Shown here piece by piece: positions 62,760 through 64,000 of a stretch of 64,000 nucleotides of DNA. Made by a program: the position numbers and the translations under genes. Below the pieces are notes generated by a model. The model had not been told where the DNA came from and did no database searches. It worked only from the letters and a program-made list of their open reading frames with translations. Within the stretch, counting starts at the first letter, position 1; every line of letters starts with the position of its first letter. The DNA comes from Octopus sinensis (Eukaryota). The stretch lies in contig NC_042998.1 in NCBI RefSeq assembly GCF_006345805.1, forward strand, positions 39,680,001-39,744,000. Direction: 5' to 3'.

Positions 62760-64000
62760 GTTTAGCGTCCGCTTTCCATGCTAGCATGGGTTGGACGGTT
62801 CTACTGGGGTCTGTGAAGCCAGAAGGCTTCATCAGGCCCAGTCAAATCTGGCAGTGTTTCTACGGCTGGATGCCCTTCCTAACGCCAACCACTCCGTGAG
62901 TGTAGTGGGTGCTTTTTACGTGCCACCCGCACTGGTGCCAGACAGAGCTGGCGAACGGCCACGAACGGATGGTGCTTTTTATGTGCCACCGACACGAGGG
63001 CCAGGCGAGGCTGGCAACGGACACGAAACGGGGCGGTGCTGGCAACGGTCGCGAAACGGAAGGTTCTCTTACATGCCACCGGCACTGGTAACACATCTGC
63101 AATTTCCATTGATCGATTTCGATTCTGATCCTCACTTGCCTCAACGGGTCTTCACAAGTAGAGTTTCGACATGCCACCAGCACTGGTAACACATCCGCAA
63201 TTTCCATTGATCGATTTCGATTCTGATCCTCACTTGCCTCAACACATCTTGTTTGAAAATAGTTGAAAAAGCCTCGGCAAATAATTGACTCTGTTGATAA
63301 GGGTCCTCAATCGATACGCCTGTTGAGTCTACCAACGTTGCAATCTGGTTGTTCAAGCGGGAATTCCGCTGGACATGGGCAAAGAAGGTTTTTGGATTGC
63401 TACTGGCATTTGCCGCGATTTTGTATTCATAACTGAAGCGTTCTTTCTTTTCGATTTTCACGGCTCGGTCTCGTGTTTTGTACACCTCAAAAGCTGCAGT
63501 CGAATCCAGATTTTTTAATTCAGCCCAAGCAATATCTCTGAGTCAACGTTCTCATTTAACCCTCTTCGTCACCCAGGGCTTGTGTTTCTTCCTCTTGGGA
63601 AGCCCAACGGGAACTGCTTGGTCAGTCAAACAGATTACATATGCTTTGAGGGATGACCATAGTTCGTCAACTGAGGACAACGTCATCAGGGATCGCCAGT
63701 CCAGAAGCGCGGAAGCCTCGGTTAGAATTTCTAGATTAATTGCAGAGAAGACTCTACGTGGCAGCGAAGTAGTCGTGGGCGCAGAAAAAGTTGTGTGCAT
63801 GACAAACTTCAGGACTGCATGATCACTCTTGGCAAGAGGGGTGCACACAGATACGTCTGACACTGATCTTGGATAGCGGGAGAATACCAGATCAAGCATA
63901 GATGGCTGCTGCCCAGGCCGATGCCTTGTCGGATATTCAACATGTTGTGATAGAAAACAATCTTCAGCCACGTCAAGAAGGGCCTGGCCGAACCGGGAAG
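61085..64000 (-). mobile_element. CR1/L2-group LINE ORF2 (endonuclease end, RT, C-terminus), continuing beyond the window end
   Basis: LDLVF, SDH, NYRP.SLTS, QHGF, LDFAKAFD, GVPQGSVLGP, FADD, LERVQK. A single frame across 61164-64000 apart from three TGA stops and one insertion; (AACT)n tail near 61085-61100. Confidence 0.95.
62717..63244 (-). mobile_element. RTE 3'-end fragment nested in the CR1 ORF2
   Basis: (CAT)14 tail at 62717-62758 and RTE 3' UTR; the CR1 frame is restored on removal. Confidence 0.93.

Overview
AT-rich, repeat-dense eukaryotic DNA. The repeat families (tRNA-derived SINEs, RTE LINEs with (GAT)n tails) look like Octopus; this is inferred from recalled repeat sequences, not from a search. 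Two host genes can be built. (1) FANCI on the minus strand: 13 coding exons (38360->4674, 1405 nt, about 468 aa), all GT-AG and phase-consistent; exons 1-2 are tentative and the gene continues past the window start. (2) A PAIP2-like gene on the plus strand: two coding exons (53977-54087, 55954-56082); no PAM2 exon was found in the window. The two genes are head-to-head. The rest is transposon-derived: four Tc1/mariner-superfamily copies, RTE LINEs and many RTE 3'-end fragments, a 5'-truncated HERO-type RLE LINE, a near-intact CR1-type LINE with a nested RTE, an inverted Penelope element, a Gypsy LTR+gag relic, Helitron/Helentron-type elements, MITEs, SINEs and microsatellites. The most unusual observation is a complete C4HC3 PHD-type finger inserted inside the reverse transcriptase of the dominant RTE family, which also appears to favour (TA)n sites. 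No CRISPR, rRNA or genuine tRNA gene is supported.
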